From contig CAYOFQ010000001.1 of NCBI GenBank assembly GCA_964403585.1, positions 1,280,826 to 1,344,825 on the forward strand: 64,000 nucleotides of DNA, read 5' to 3'. Shown here in pieces: positions 17,070-26,657 of this stretch. The stretch is from an uncultured Gammaproteobacteria bacterium (GTDB lineage: Bacteria; Patescibacteriota; Microgenomatia; JALYQM01). Made by a program: the position numbers and the translations under genes. Numbering within the stretch: position 1 is the first letter of the stretch; the number at the start of each line of letters is the position of its first letter. Under the pieces are notes generated by a model. That model was not told where the DNA came from. It worked only from the letters and a program-made list of their open reading frames with translations, and searched no databases.

Positions 17070-18246
17070 TATGAAAAAACATCAAAAACTGAGTATTAGT
17101 GCCTTTACATTAGCTCTTTTAGCCACCACTGCAGTAATAATCTATGCCATGAGAATAAATAATACTCTCGCAAAACCTGCAGTTGCAACATATTTCAAAT
17201 ATACCCCCGATGAAATCGCCCAAATCAAAAAAACCCCTTCAGTCAAATCCAATAGCGCCGTAAATTTACCGGTATTAGATTCGGTAATGTTTAAAGAAGT
17301 TAAAATAAATAACACCGAGCCGACATTGGCTTCGCGTTATTACGCCTATGTATTAGTTGCCCAAAAGGATGCCTACGCGCTTGCGGCTAATCACAATAAG
17401 GATTTTGACAGCATGAGCAAAACAAGTGACCAGGTCACCTGCGTATTTTATCCTGAGCGGTGCCCGCCACCGGTCACTCGGGAATCAGCCGAAGATACTA
17501 TCGCTAAAATCATTACTCAGAAAGTGTGGGAGAGATACAATCTCGATACCTTTCATACCGCCGAAGCGGTCAAAATGATGGAGCCTATCCCGGAAATATG
17601 GCATATCAACGATGTTATTACACCTGAAGCCGGTGCCTGGAAAACCTGGCTTATTACTGAGCCGGGAGACTTTCTGGCACCTTCACCACCAAATAAAAAT
17701 TCCAGCGAAGAAAAAATACAAATAGCCGCAGTTAAGAATGCTCTGAAAAACAATACTGCCGAGCAAAAAGAAAAAGTTACCTATTGGGCAGCCGGATCGA
17801 ACACCGCAACTCCTGCCGGATTATGGATTGAATTTGCCAACGAATATATGGCCACTCATCAAACACCACTGGAAAAACAAATCGAGGTCCGTTCCCAATT
17901 AGCGATGACGCTGGCCGACACTTTTATCTCCTGTTGGCATACCAAATACGTCTATTTATATGAACGTCCTTTCATGCGTAGTCCAGACATCAAGCCACTT
18001 ATTCAAACACCAAACTTTCCAAGCTATGTATCAGGCCACTCGGCAGTTTCTGCTGCCGCTGCGACGATTCTCTCCCACTACTTTCCTGAAAATAGCGAAC
18101 GATGGAAAAACATGGCCAGGGAGGCTGCGAACTCACGTCTATGGGCGGGAATACACTACCCGATAGATAATCAAGAAGGCCTGAAAATGGGTGAAAAAAT
18201 CGCCAATACCGTTATTGGACTAAAAAATACTCAACCGGTAGAATAG
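17050..18246 (+). CDS. PAP2-superfamily protein (vanadium-haloperoxidase/acid-phosphatase-like), membrane-anchored
   Basis: PAP2 motifs: YERPF (K/R-x6-RP), PSYVSGHS (PSGH), SRLWAGIHYPID (SR-x5-H-x3-D); N-terminal TM; an alternative ATG at 17071 immediately follows the upstream stop. Confidence 0.7.
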   Translation: MEYHYPNMKKHQKLSISAFTLALLATTAVIIYAMRINNTLAKPAVATYFKYTPDEIAQIKKTPSVKSNSAVNLPVLDSVMFKEVKINNTEPTLASRYYAYVLVAQKDAYALAANHNKDFDSMSKTSDQVTCVFYPERCPPPVTRESAEDTIAKIITQKVWERYNLDTFHTAEAVKMMEPIPEIWHINDVITPEAGAWKTWLITEPGDFLAPSPPNKNSSEEKIQIAAVKNALKNNTAEQKEKVTYWAAGSNTATPAGLWIEFANEYMATHQTPLEKQIEVRSQLAMTLADTFISCWHTKYVYLYERPFMRSPDIKPLIQTPNFPSYVSGHSAVSAAAATILSHYFPENSERWKNMAREAANSRLWAGIHYPIDNQEGLKMGEKIANTVIGLKNTQPVE

Positions 18247-18323
18247 TGGTCGGAGCGAGAAGACTTGAACTTCCAACCTCTTGCACCCCATGCAAGCGCG
18301 CTAGCCAATTGCGCCACGCCCCG
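18247..18323 (-). tRNA. tRNA-Pro (anticodon GGG)
   Basis: Reverse complement: acceptor CGGGGCG/CGCTCCG (one G-U), D-arm GCGC-AATTGGCTA-GCGC, anticodon stem CTTGC/GCAAG with loop ATGGGGT (GGG, G37), T-arm GGAAG-TTCAAGT-CTTCT, encoded CCA. Confidence 0.85.
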
Positions 18324-18413
18324 AAATAGTTACCAATAGTACTTATCCTACCATAAAAAAGACGAATAGACTACTCTCTTTCTTTTGTTACCTCCAAATG
18401 CTACGATCCTTTC

Positions 18414-19343
18414 ATGTCTCATCTCACCGAACTCGCAATTGATGCCCGCCAGACACCACAGTGGGCAGAGTATATGAAGTCGCTCGACTGGATCGTGGAA
18501 AAAGTCGGCAACACCAATGTCTATGTGCGAATTGTCAAACCGTTTAAGCATAGTTTAATTAAAATTCAGCACTCCAAAGAACAGCCGGATTTTGCCCGAA
18601 TTGATGAAATTGCAAAAAAATATAATGCCTTATTTGTGATGTACGAACCTTATGTCATCTCCTATGACGAGCAACTACTAACAAAAAACGGCTATCGAAA
18701 ATCTAAAATGAAATCGGCCTTTACCTCAACAGTACTGATTGATCTTGAGCAAACTGAGGAAAAACTGCTTAAGTCATTTTCAGAAAACGCCCGGCGTAAC
18801 ATCAAAAAAGCCCAAAACAATAAGCTTACCGTCAAACATATTCACACCAAAGATCAGTACGACATGAAAGAATTTGAAAAATTCTATCACCTCTATCAAA
18901 CTCTGGGAAAAACCAAGGGGTTTTATGTCTTACCTTACGACGAGTGTGTGCAAAAATTGCATGCCTTTAATAATAACTCGATTCTCTCCTTTGCCTATGC
19001 GCCGGATGAACCGGAACCCATTGCCGTAGTTTGGTACCTCCACTATGACCGGACCTTTGTCTATAACCATACCGGCATCACCCAAAAAGGTTACGATCTT
19101 CAGGCGAATGCCTTACTTGTCTGGGAGGGTCTAAAAGAAGGCCAAAAACTGGGGGCCAAGGTATTCGATTTCGAATCCATATACGACCCCCGCTACCCGT
19201 CTGAGAACAAGAAATGGATTGGCTACAGTAATTTTAAGCAAAAATTCCATGGGGAAACTATCTTCTACCCACAAGCATGGATAAAAATATATAATCTCCC
19301 ATATAAAATAATCTATTTATGCTCAACAGCCTTATTTTCTTAA
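18414..19343 (+). CDS. FemAB-family (GNAT-fold) peptidoglycan interpeptide-bridge aminoacyltransferase-like protein
   Basis: 309 aa; C-terminal half (YDLQANALLVWEGLKEGQKLGAKVFDFESIY) resembles the FemAB/FemX C-terminal GNAT region. Confidence 0.6.
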   Translation: MSHLTELAIDARQTPQWAEYMKSLDWIVEKVGNTNVYVRIVKPFKHSLIKIQHSKEQPDFARIDEIAKKYNALFVMYEPYVISYDEQLLTKNGYRKSKMKSAFTSTVLIDLEQTEEKLLKSFSENARRNIKKAQNNKLTVKHIHTKDQYDMKEFEKFYHLYQTLGKTKGFYVLPYDECVQKLHAFNNNSILSFAYAPDEPEPIAVVWYLHYDRTFVYNHTGITQKGYDLQANALLVWEGLKEGQKLGAKVFDFESIYDPRYPSENKKWIGYSNFKQKFHGETIFYPQAWIKIYNLPYKIIYLCSTALFS

Positions 19344-20089
19344 CCATTGGTGAAATCGCGTTAATCGCCTTCTTAGTCTATTCCTTAACCAGGATTAAAA
19401 TTAAAGTATTAAAAAAATACCAGTCCAAATTCGCCGGACCGGTCGAAATCCGCCGGGAACGGGATGGCGAGTTACGCATGGTAATGAACTATTGTACTCA
19501 GGGCATTTCTACAGAAAAAGCCACCATCTCTCAATCATACTGGGGTAAAATCGCCCAAATGACCATCCATACCCTTCCGAAGCCGGAAAACGCACATATA
19601 CTTCATATCGGCTTAGGTGCAAATACAATTTCCAATCTGATCGGTAGAAACCACCCTTCCCCCTTCCAGACAATTGTTGAAATCGATCCGGTTATTATTA
19701 AAGCCTGCAGAGAGTATTTTAAACTTGATGAGCTTGAAAATAGTGAAGTGATTCAACAGGATATTTTTGAACTGTTATCTCAAAAACCCGAGTGGCATAA
19801 TCATTTTGATGTCATCATCACCGATATCTACACCGGCAAAGAGTCCGAATACACACCCAAACAGGGGAAATATGACTTCATCAGCCAGTTGGCTGCCTGG
19901 CTAAATGACGCAGGAACAATTATTTTTAACCGGCCGGCGCATACAGATACTGCCAAACAGGATACTGCCGAGCTGGAAAAATATTTGCGCGACCATTTCA
20001 GAACGGTTGAAAAGATATATGTGGAGGATCCCAGAGGCTTTAAAAACTATATCCTGACCGCTAGCCGGACACCACATACAACACACTAA
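19319..20089 (+). CDS. Membrane-anchored spermidine-synthase-like (class I MTase-fold) protein
   Basis: N-terminal TM; HILHIGLGANT (nucleotide-binding loop), IVEIDPVIIKACREYF, DVIITDIYTGK match SpeE-like aminopropyltransferase motifs. Confidence 0.55.
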   Translation: MLNSLIFLTIGEIALIAFLVYSLTRIKIKVLKKYQSKFAGPVEIRRERDGELRMVMNYCTQGISTEKATISQSYWGKIAQMTIHTLPKPENAHILHIGLGANTISNLIGRNHPSPFQTIVEIDPVIIKACREYFKLDELENSEVIQQDIFELLSQKPEWHNHFDVIITDIYTGKESEYTPKQGKYDFISQLAAWLNDAGTIIFNRPAHTDTAKQDTAELEKYLRDHFRTVEKIYVEDPRGFKNYILTASRTPHTTH

Positions 20090-21008
20090 ACACAAGTAAT
20101 CCCCACACCACGACACAGGTTAACAGTGGCATATCCGAAAGCAAAACGCGCTCCGGAGACTCCCCTTCCCGTCGTTCATAAATTAAATAGAGATACCGCA
20201 TTACACCGTAAATTACAAAAGGGATCGTGATCATTAACCATTTTACATCACTAACCCGGGGGGTAAGATTATAAAATAATGGCTGAAAAAATGTATTTGG
20301 CGTAATCGTAGGTTGCTGGAAAGCGAACAACGCATACGTTAACCAGGTAGCAGTGGCAAACATGGTAGTATACGAATGGAGTAAGGACTCAGGATAATGT
20401 CCCAAGGTCGGACGAACTCGTGTTATATCGGAAGTAACATTATACCCGGTCAACAAAGTCGCCTCAGCACGTCGCTTACCTACCGCAATAAACAGAGCAA
20501 AAGACACCATACACAACAAAAACCAGATACTCACATGGGTACCGATTACCCACACACCGGCATATATGCGTAATAAAAACCCGCTGGCTATTGTGAGTAC
20601 ATCAAGGATGATGACATGTTTTAAATAAGACATATACATTATTTGAAGAAGGATGTAGGTAACTACAGCCAGAAAGAACCGTTGAGATAACATAAACGAG
20701 AAGATAAAGGAGAGAAAAAGCAACCCGGCGGCTAAAATGGCGGCCATCCGCACCGGTAAAGCCCCTGAAGCGACTGGTCGTTTTTTCTTAAACGGATGCA
20801 ACCGGTCGTGTGGTGCATCAATAATATCGTTGAAAATATATACGGCCGATGTAGCCAGACTGAAATCAATAACAGCTAAGCAAACGGTAAAAAAATCGGT
20901 TGGATAAAATAACCGGTGACTAAAAATAATCCCGGCAAACAACGTTAAGTTTTTTAACCACTGTCGCGGTCTTACTGTTTTGATGATCGCAATAAGCGTT
21001 GCAGCCAT
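20061..21008 (-). CDS. UbiA-family prenyltransferase, decaprenyl-phosphate phosphoribosyltransferase (DPPR synthase)-like
   Basis: NDIIDAPHDRLHPFKKKRPVASG closely matches the DPPR-synthase version of the UbiA NDxxDxxxD motif; 8-9 TM helices. Confidence 0.8.
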   Translation of the reverse strand: MAATLIAIIKTVRPRQWLKNLTLFAGIIFSHRLFYPTDFFTVCLAVIDFSLATSAVYIFNDIIDAPHDRLHPFKKKRPVASGALPVRMAAILAAGLLFLSFIFSFMLSQRFFLAVVTYILLQIMYMSYLKHVIILDVLTIASGFLLRIYAGVWVIGTHVSIWFLLCMVSFALFIAVGKRRAEATLLTGYNVTSDITRVRPTLGHYPESLLHSYTTMFATATWLTYALFAFQQPTITPNTFFQPLFYNLTPRVSDVKWLMITIPFVIYGVMRYLYLIYERREGESPERVLLSDMPLLTCVVVWGLLVFSVLYVVSG

Positions 21009-22048
21009 AGTGCTCCGGCTAGAAATAATAGTAATAATAATAAGAAAACAAACGGTTTTGTCTGACTATTTAATTGTAACACGAGTATTCCTAAAATGGC
21101 ACAGATAAGCCAATAAAAAAATGCAATTCTTCGTTTTGACCAGCCAATATCCAGTAAATAGTGATGAAGGTGAGTTCGGGTATTTTGTAAGGGGTTTTGT
21201 TTGTTGAGAACCCGTCTAAATACCACCCACGCCCCATCAATAATCGGAATAGCCAATACAATTAAGGCAGTAGCCAGTTTTGCGCCAGACAAAATTGCTA
21301 AGACTGCAATCATAAACCCCGAAAATGTTGAGCCGCCAAATCCTGGCATTATTTTTTGCGGATAAGCGGAAAAAATGAGAAACCCGGCATAAGCACCTGA
21401 TGTAATAAACGCCAGTAACGCCGTTGGCTCGGAAGTTTGATTGTATCGCAGCGCGGAAAAACCCAAAATTGCCAGGGCAATGGTCGCAATCCCGGCATTC
21501 TGACCATCCAGCCCGGAAGACCAGTTTACTATATTCATGAGGGATACAATCCAAAACACGGCAAATATATCTGCTAAAACCACAATCGTATGCAAACCAC
21601 CGGCAAAGGTAAATCCGTATACTAATTGATCCAAACGAATTACTCCACCCAAGGGATTGGTAACATAGGTAATGCCAATGCCAAACCCGACCACGATCAA
21701 AGCAAAGACAAACATCAGCACTAAGCGCAACCGGGCCGACAAATCATATTTATCATCCAGCGTCCCCATTACCACAATACCTAATCCGGCAATAAAAATA
21801 CCCAGTAAATGTTTGATATTCGCCTGATACCCGTTTATTAATTGTCCGGAAAAGAACAGTACCGTTAACAATGTAGCCACATAAACGGGTACACCACCGG
21901 CACGCGGAATAGGATGATCATGTAAAATTGCACTGTGTTTTCGTGAAGGAATATCGACATACCCATATTTCATTGCCCACTTAATAGTAAGTCGGGTCGC
22001 ACCTAGGGAAACCAGAAACGATAATAAAAATCCCAGAAGATACAACAT
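20972..22048 (-). CDS. GT4-family polyprenyl-phosphate sugar-1-phosphate transferase (WecA/TagO-like)
   Basis: DDxxD (LDDKYDL), NIVNWSSGLDGQNAG (N..N..DG.DGL) and PRAGG (WecA/TagO-type PRxGG rather than MraY TMGG); about 11 TM. Confidence 0.75.
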   Translation of the reverse strand: MLYLLGFLLSFLVSLGATRLTIKWAMKYGYVDIPSRKHSAILHDHPIPRAGGVPVYVATLLTVLFFSGQLINGYQANIKHLLGIFIAGLGIVVMGTLDDKYDLSARLRLVLMFVFALIVVGFGIGITYVTNPLGGVIRLDQLVYGFTFAGGLHTIVVLADIFAVFWIVSLMNIVNWSSGLDGQNAGIATIALAILGFSALRYNQTSEPTALLAFITSGAYAGFLIFSAYPQKIMPGFGGSTFSGFMIAVLAILSGAKLATALIVLAIPIIDGAWVVFRRVLNKQNPLQNTRTHLHHYLLDIGWSKRRIAFFYWLICAILGILVLQLNSQTKPFVFLLLLLLFLAGALWLQRLLRSSKQ

Positions 22049-22059
22049 GGTAGCCTACA

Positions 22060-22479
22060 TTAGAACCATAATTTCACCATAATAACCAGATTCATTAAGT
22101 TCCATAGTGAAATGATACTCATCACGGCACAGATTAGTACAGTACCACCAAGAATACGGGCAGTCAGCGGCTCATTTTTCATCGTCAGCAAAGAAAACGC
22201 ATAATTAACGAGGAAGAAAAGTAACAACAGTCCCGGTTGTAACCATAACCATGTTTTTGGAACCAATTGTTCTTCACCCCAGGGACGCTGCAAAAATAAC
22301 GGGACTTGTGGTGGAAGTTGCGCAATATTTATCCAAACCAGTAAAAAGCAGATACCTGTTAAAATAAGCGCAATTAAAAAACAGGCATTCGAAATACGGT
22401 CATTAAATTGATACTGATTAACTGCAATAATCGGAGTTCGTGCAGATGGCCGTAATGATCGAAATAACTGCTTTTTCAT
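22060..22479 (-). CDS. Small polytopic membrane protein, hypothetical
   Basis: 139 aa, 3-4 TM helices, no motif. Confidence 0.4.
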   Translation of the reverse strand: MKKQLFRSLRPSARTPIIAVNQYQFNDRISNACFLIALILTGICFLLVWINIAQLPPQVPLFLQRPWGEEQLVPKTWLWLQPGLLLLFFLVNYAFSLLTMKNEPLTARILGGTVLICAVMSIISLWNLMNLVIMVKLWF

Positions 22480-22480
22480 A

Positions 22481-24274
22481 TTACCCTACTTTCAACACCT
22501 CTAGGAACGCCTGTTGAGGAATGCTAACCCTACCAATATCCTTCATTTTCTCTTTACCCTTTTTCTGCTTATCCAACAATTTATTCTTTCGTGTTACATC
22601 ACCACCGTATAGTTTTGCGGTAACATCTTTACGAAACGGTGCTATCGTCTCACGGGCAATTATCTTGCCGCCAATTGCAGCTTGTATTGCCACTGCAAAA
22701 TTCTGTCTGGGCAGTACTTCTTTCAATTTTTCAACTAAACTTCGGCCAAAACTCTCTGCTTTTATTTTAACCATAACATATGACAAGGCGTCCACTATTT
22801 CTCCGGCCACCAGAATATCCAATCGGACAACCTCAACATCACGGTGATCAATCAACTCATAATCCATCGAAGCATAACCCGATGTCGAAGACTTAAGCTG
22901 ATCATAGAAATTTACCACTAACTCCGCCAGTGGCATTTCATAGATTAACTTTGACTGATGAGCTAGATACATTTGATCAACAAGCTGCCCTCGATGCTCC
23001 TGGCATAACTGCATAACGGTTCCAACATAGTGAGACGGACAAATAAGCGTCACCCGGGTCCACGGCTCTTGAACATCTGCTTGAGAAGGAATATCCGACG
23101 GATTTTTAATTTCTTCTCCATTGAAGATATAGCCTACACTCGGCGTAGTAACGATTACATCAATCCCAAATTCACGCGAAAGACGATCGTGCGTAATCTC
23201 GGCGTGGAGTAGTCCCAAAAAACCACAGCGAAACCCGTGCCCCAATGCCTGCGAAGATTCTTCTACAAAATCAAGCGAAGAGTCATTAAGTTTCAACTTG
23301 TACAAAGCATCCTTAAGCCGGGGAAAATCGTCAGAACTTATCGGATACAAACCGGTAAAAACCATCGGTTTCATTTCTTTGTATCCGGCGAGAGCCGAAA
23401 CTCGAGCTTTCCAGTCTAAATCATGCAGATCCTGCTTGTCGGCGATACCACCAATAATCGTGTCGCCTACGCGACACAAACCGACATCTTTCAAGCCGGT
23501 AGCAATATATCCTACTTCTCCGGCCTTAATCGAATCTGACTTGGTCATCTTCGGAGTAAAATACCCTAACTCAAGAACATTGATTCCTGCTTCAGTTGCA
23601 AAAAATCGTATAAAGTCAGTTGAACGGAACTCTCCATCGAAAACTTTGACAGAACAAACCACACCTTTATACGAGTCGTAAAATGAATCAAAGATCAGTG
23701 CACGCGAGTAGTCCGCCTTGGGCGGTTGTGGCGCCGGTACCCTATCAATAATGGCATCAACTATCTTATCCACTCCGGCTCCGGTTTTACCGGATGCATA
23801 GATCATTTCCGACTCAATAAAACCGAACGTATCACACAATTCCTTACAAACCCGCTCCGGCTCGGCAGCAGGCAGATCTATTTTATTAAGCACCGGGATA
23901 ATAGTTAATCCATGCTCCATAGCTTGTGTTAAGTGCGACATCGTTTGAGCTTGAATTCCCTGGGTCGCGTCAACAAGGAGTAAAGCCCCTTCACAGGAAA
24001 CCAGCGAACGCGAGACTTCGTACGAGAAATCAACATGACCGGGTGTATCAATCAAATTCAAAATAAAATCTGTCTCATCCCGTTTCCAGTGCATGCGCAC
24101 AGGAGTGAGTTTTACGGTAATACCCCGTTCCCGCTCAATATCCATTGAGTCGAGCAACTGTTCCTGCATATCCCTTTTTGATACCGTCCCCGTATACTCA
24201 AGAAGTCGGTCAGCCAACGTGGATTTTCCATGATCAATATGGGCAATAATACAAAAATTTCGAATATTCTTCAT
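22481..24274 (-). CDS. lepA: Elongation factor 4 (LepA)
   Basis: MKNIRNFCIIAHIDHGKSTLADRLLE... G-domain, LepA C-terminal domain; 597 aa. Confidence 0.95.
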   Translation of the reverse strand: MKNIRNFCIIAHIDHGKSTLADRLLEYTGTVSKRDMQEQLLDSMDIERERGITVKLTPVRMHWKRDETDFILNLIDTPGHVDFSYEVSRSLVSCEGALLLVDATQGIQAQTMSHLTQAMEHGLTIIPVLNKIDLPAAEPERVCKELCDTFGFIESEMIYASGKTGAGVDKIVDAIIDRVPAPQPPKADYSRALIFDSFYDSYKGVVCSVKVFDGEFRSTDFIRFFATEAGINVLELGYFTPKMTKSDSIKAGEVGYIATGLKDVGLCRVGDTIIGGIADKQDLHDLDWKARVSALAGYKEMKPMVFTGLYPISSDDFPRLKDALYKLKLNDSSLDFVEESSQALGHGFRCGFLGLLHAEITHDRLSREFGIDVIVTTPSVGYIFNGEEIKNPSDIPSQADVQEPWTRVTLICPSHYVGTVMQLCQEHRGQLVDQMYLAHQSKLIYEMPLAELVVNFYDQLKSSTSGYASMDYELIDHRDVEVVRLDILVAGEIVDALSYVMVKIKAESFGRSLVEKLKEVLPRQNFAVAIQAAIGGKIIARETIAPFRKDVTAKLYGGDVTRKNKLLDKQKKGKEKMKDIGRVSIPQQAFLEVLKVG

Positions 24275-24276
24275 AC

Positions 24277-25932
24277 CTATTTACCAGTCAATTCTTCTTC
24301 CGGTGCTCCCAGAGCGAATCGCAGATTCTTACCTCGCTCAATCATCCCCCGAATAAAACGTAAAATCATAAAAGCTTCCTTAACCCGCAACAACCAGGTC
24401 AGGAAAAGATACATTATCATACCACAACCAGAAGCAATTCCGGTCAATACAATCAAATTAACGGTTCGCGTGGTATCAAAAACCACCTGGTCAAGCACCT
24501 TTATGGGTATATATAAGCTCACCGCCATCACAAAAGCCGCCAGGGACATACGCACAAAAGGTGAGAAAAAAGCCTCTGTAAAGAGATTCCCCACCCGTTT
24601 ATTGAGTAAGTAAAAAAGCGCTACAGCCGAAATATACCCACCTAAGGTAGCGGACAAACCCAAACTCCAAACCGGCAATTTTAGGACAAAAATCGCCAGA
24701 ACACTGCACAGGACATCAATCAATAAGGCGATAACAGCGACTTTAACCGGCGTAATTGTATCATGGAGGGCATAGTATGCGCGAACAAACAGCATCACGA
24801 TAGCCTCGGCAACCAATCCGACGGCTAACCAGGCAACCGTTTTGCCGGTCAGAACCGTAGCCTCCCAGGTAAACTGAGACGCTCCAAAAACTAACCGAAC
24901 CACCGGAATACGCAAAATAACCAGGATAGCGGCTGCCGGTAGTGTCAGAAAAAGAACCTGGTGTAAGGAAGTTATCAATGTCTTCACAAAAGATTCTTTT
25001 TGCTTTAAAGCCTGTTCTTCGGATAGTACAGGCAACGCCGCCTGAGCCATAGTCGCAATAAAAAGGCCTACCGGAACTAAATACAACTGTTGAGCAAAGT
25101 TTAAATAGGTAACACTACTGGCTGAAATAGAAGATGCGATTGATAAATTAAACGTTGTTCGGAGTTGATCTCCGGCGATCGCGACTGTTCGCGGCCCCAT
25201 TAGCTTAAATACCTTGCGTACTCCGGTATGCGATGTATCAAACTTAAACTTAAAAGAATACCCAATGGCTTTGATGAGAGGTAAGTGAATCAGCAGATAG
25301 AGAAACGAACCGAGGAGAACTCCATACACCGGCCCATAAATCCCAACCATCGGCGTAAACGCCACAATTCCAATAATTATGCCAATGTTATATAAAACCC
25401 CGGCGATCGCGGGAATAAAAAAATGCTTAAAGCTCTGCAGCAGGCTGGTAAAAAGAGCGCCAATAACAAATACAAACTGGGATATAAACAAAATTTGGGA
25501 CAATGAGCTCATTAGTGTCAGCTCCTGCTCATTAAACCCTATCGCAATCAACATGCTTATCGGTCGGACAAAAATCACCGCCAGGAGCGAGACTATACCA
25601 AAAACCACAATCCCAACCGAAAGCAGGCTTGAGGCAAACGAAAATGCCTTGACTTTACCCTGCTTAGTCATAATATCCGAAAATACGGGTATAAATGCTA
25701 CGGATAATGCGCCAAAAATGAGCAGATTGTATACCATATCCGGAAGTCGAAAAGCAGCAATGTACACAGCCGCTTCTCCGGGGGTAAAATACGCTGCGAG
25801 CAGTCGAGTACGTATCAAGCCCAACACCCGTGACGCCGCCACCGTTGCCATAAGGATCGTAGCAGCACCGAGAATAGTGCTTTGTCGAGACAAAAACAGC
25901 TCCCGACCATTCTTAAGGATTCGATTCACCAT
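24277..25932 (-). CDS. murJ: Lipid II flippase MurJ (MviN family)
   Basis: 551 aa, 14 TM MOP-superfamily architecture, N-terminal ...ILGAATILMATVAASRVLGLIRTRLLAAYF typical of MurJ. Confidence 0.85.
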   Translation of the reverse strand: MVNRILKNGRELFLSRQSTILGAATILMATVAASRVLGLIRTRLLAAYFTPGEAAVYIAAFRLPDMVYNLLIFGALSVAFIPVFSDIMTKQGKVKAFSFASSLLSVGIVVFGIVSLLAVIFVRPISMLIAIGFNEQELTLMSSLSQILFISQFVFVIGALFTSLLQSFKHFFIPAIAGVLYNIGIIIGIVAFTPMVGIYGPVYGVLLGSFLYLLIHLPLIKAIGYSFKFKFDTSHTGVRKVFKLMGPRTVAIAGDQLRTTFNLSIASSISASSVTYLNFAQQLYLVPVGLFIATMAQAALPVLSEEQALKQKESFVKTLITSLHQVLFLTLPAAAILVILRIPVVRLVFGASQFTWEATVLTGKTVAWLAVGLVAEAIVMLFVRAYYALHDTITPVKVAVIALLIDVLCSVLAIFVLKLPVWSLGLSATLGGYISAVALFYLLNKRVGNLFTEAFFSPFVRMSLAAFVMAVSLYIPIKVLDQVVFDTTRTVNLIVLTGIASGCGMIMYLFLTWLLRVKEAFMILRFIRGMIERGKNLRFALGAPEEELTGK

Positions 25933-25991
25933 TCACCCTACTATATCACCCCGTTGCTTAAAATTACAGACTATGATATGATCCCTTCCAT

Positions 25992-26327
25992 ATGCCAATA
26001 TTGAAAAATGCTATTAAAAAGATGCGCCAAGATAAAAAGCGCGCTGAACACAATAAAGCACAGCGATCACATATGCGCACGATGCTTAAAACAGCTGTAA
26101 CCGCCAAAACTCCTGAAGCACTTAACAATGCCTTCAGTGCCTTAGACAAAGCAGCTAAATCCCACCTGATTCACAAAGGAAAAGCAAGCCGGCTTAAGTC
26201 CCGTTTGGCAAAAGCTATCGCCCGTACAGTCGAAGCTGCAGGTGCTGCAAAACCCAAAACCGCTAAAAAGACTACAAAAAAAGCTGCAACAAAAAAAACC
26301 ACCAAAAAAGCTGCTAAAACTGCCTAA
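25992..26327 (+). CDS. rpsT: 30S ribosomal protein S20 with C-terminal Lys/Ala/Thr-rich extension
   Basis: S20 core (KNAIKKMRQDKKRAEHNKAQRSHMRT...KSHLIHKGKASRLKSRLAKA) plus about 25-aa tail AKPKTAKKTTKKAATKKTTKKAAKTA. Confidence 0.85.
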   Translation: MPILKNAIKKMRQDKKRAEHNKAQRSHMRTMLKTAVTAKTPEALNNAFSALDKAAKSHLIHKGKASRLKSRLAKAIARTVEAAGAAKPKTAKKTTKKAATKKTTKKAAKTA

Positions 26328-26352
26328 CTAACAGTATATCTGGTTAATTTTT

Positions 26353-26649
26353 ATGTCTGATAAGCTCAAGCTTACTTCGGAGCAATTTGTCAGCCTTCGC
26401 GATTTTGCGATACAAGAAGCTGAAAATTTCAATCTGGGTCACGAGTCTACAACGATAGTTGTTCAACCCGATCTCCGCGAAGCTGTCAAATCGTTCACGA
26501 CCATTTTCGAAGATGTCGCGCAGGAAACATCCGGCCGGCTATCCCTTGTCCGCCAATATTCACTGCTGAATAAACTACGCCCCATTCCGGTCGGAGAGCA
26601 ACAGGCACTTTGGAGATCCGACATAACCAATCTTCGACGACTCACCTAA
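26353..26649 (+). CDS. Hypothetical protein (98 aa)
   Basis: ATG ORF between rpsT and ldh; no motif recognised. Confidence 0.45.
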   Translation: MSDKLKLTSEQFVSLRDFAIQEAENFNLGHESTTIVVQPDLREAVKSFTTIFEDVAQETSGRLSLVRQYSLLNKLRPIPVGEQQALWRSDITNLRRLT

Positions 26650-26657
26650 ATCAATAC

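Noticed and set aside
23298-23681. 127-aa + strand ORF and neighbours (23030-23419, 23726-23908, 22521-22847)
   Set aside because: All lie antisense within lepA, which has an unambiguous full-length homology.
25379-25981. 200-aa + strand ORF
   Set aside because: Antisense within murJ.
26270-26330. Short tandem AAAAAAGCTGC-like repeats (possible repeat array)
   Set aside because: They encode the Lys/Ala/Thr tail of S20 in frame (coding low complexity) and are not CRISPR or other non-coding repeats. No CRISPR-like arrays were seen anywhere in the window.
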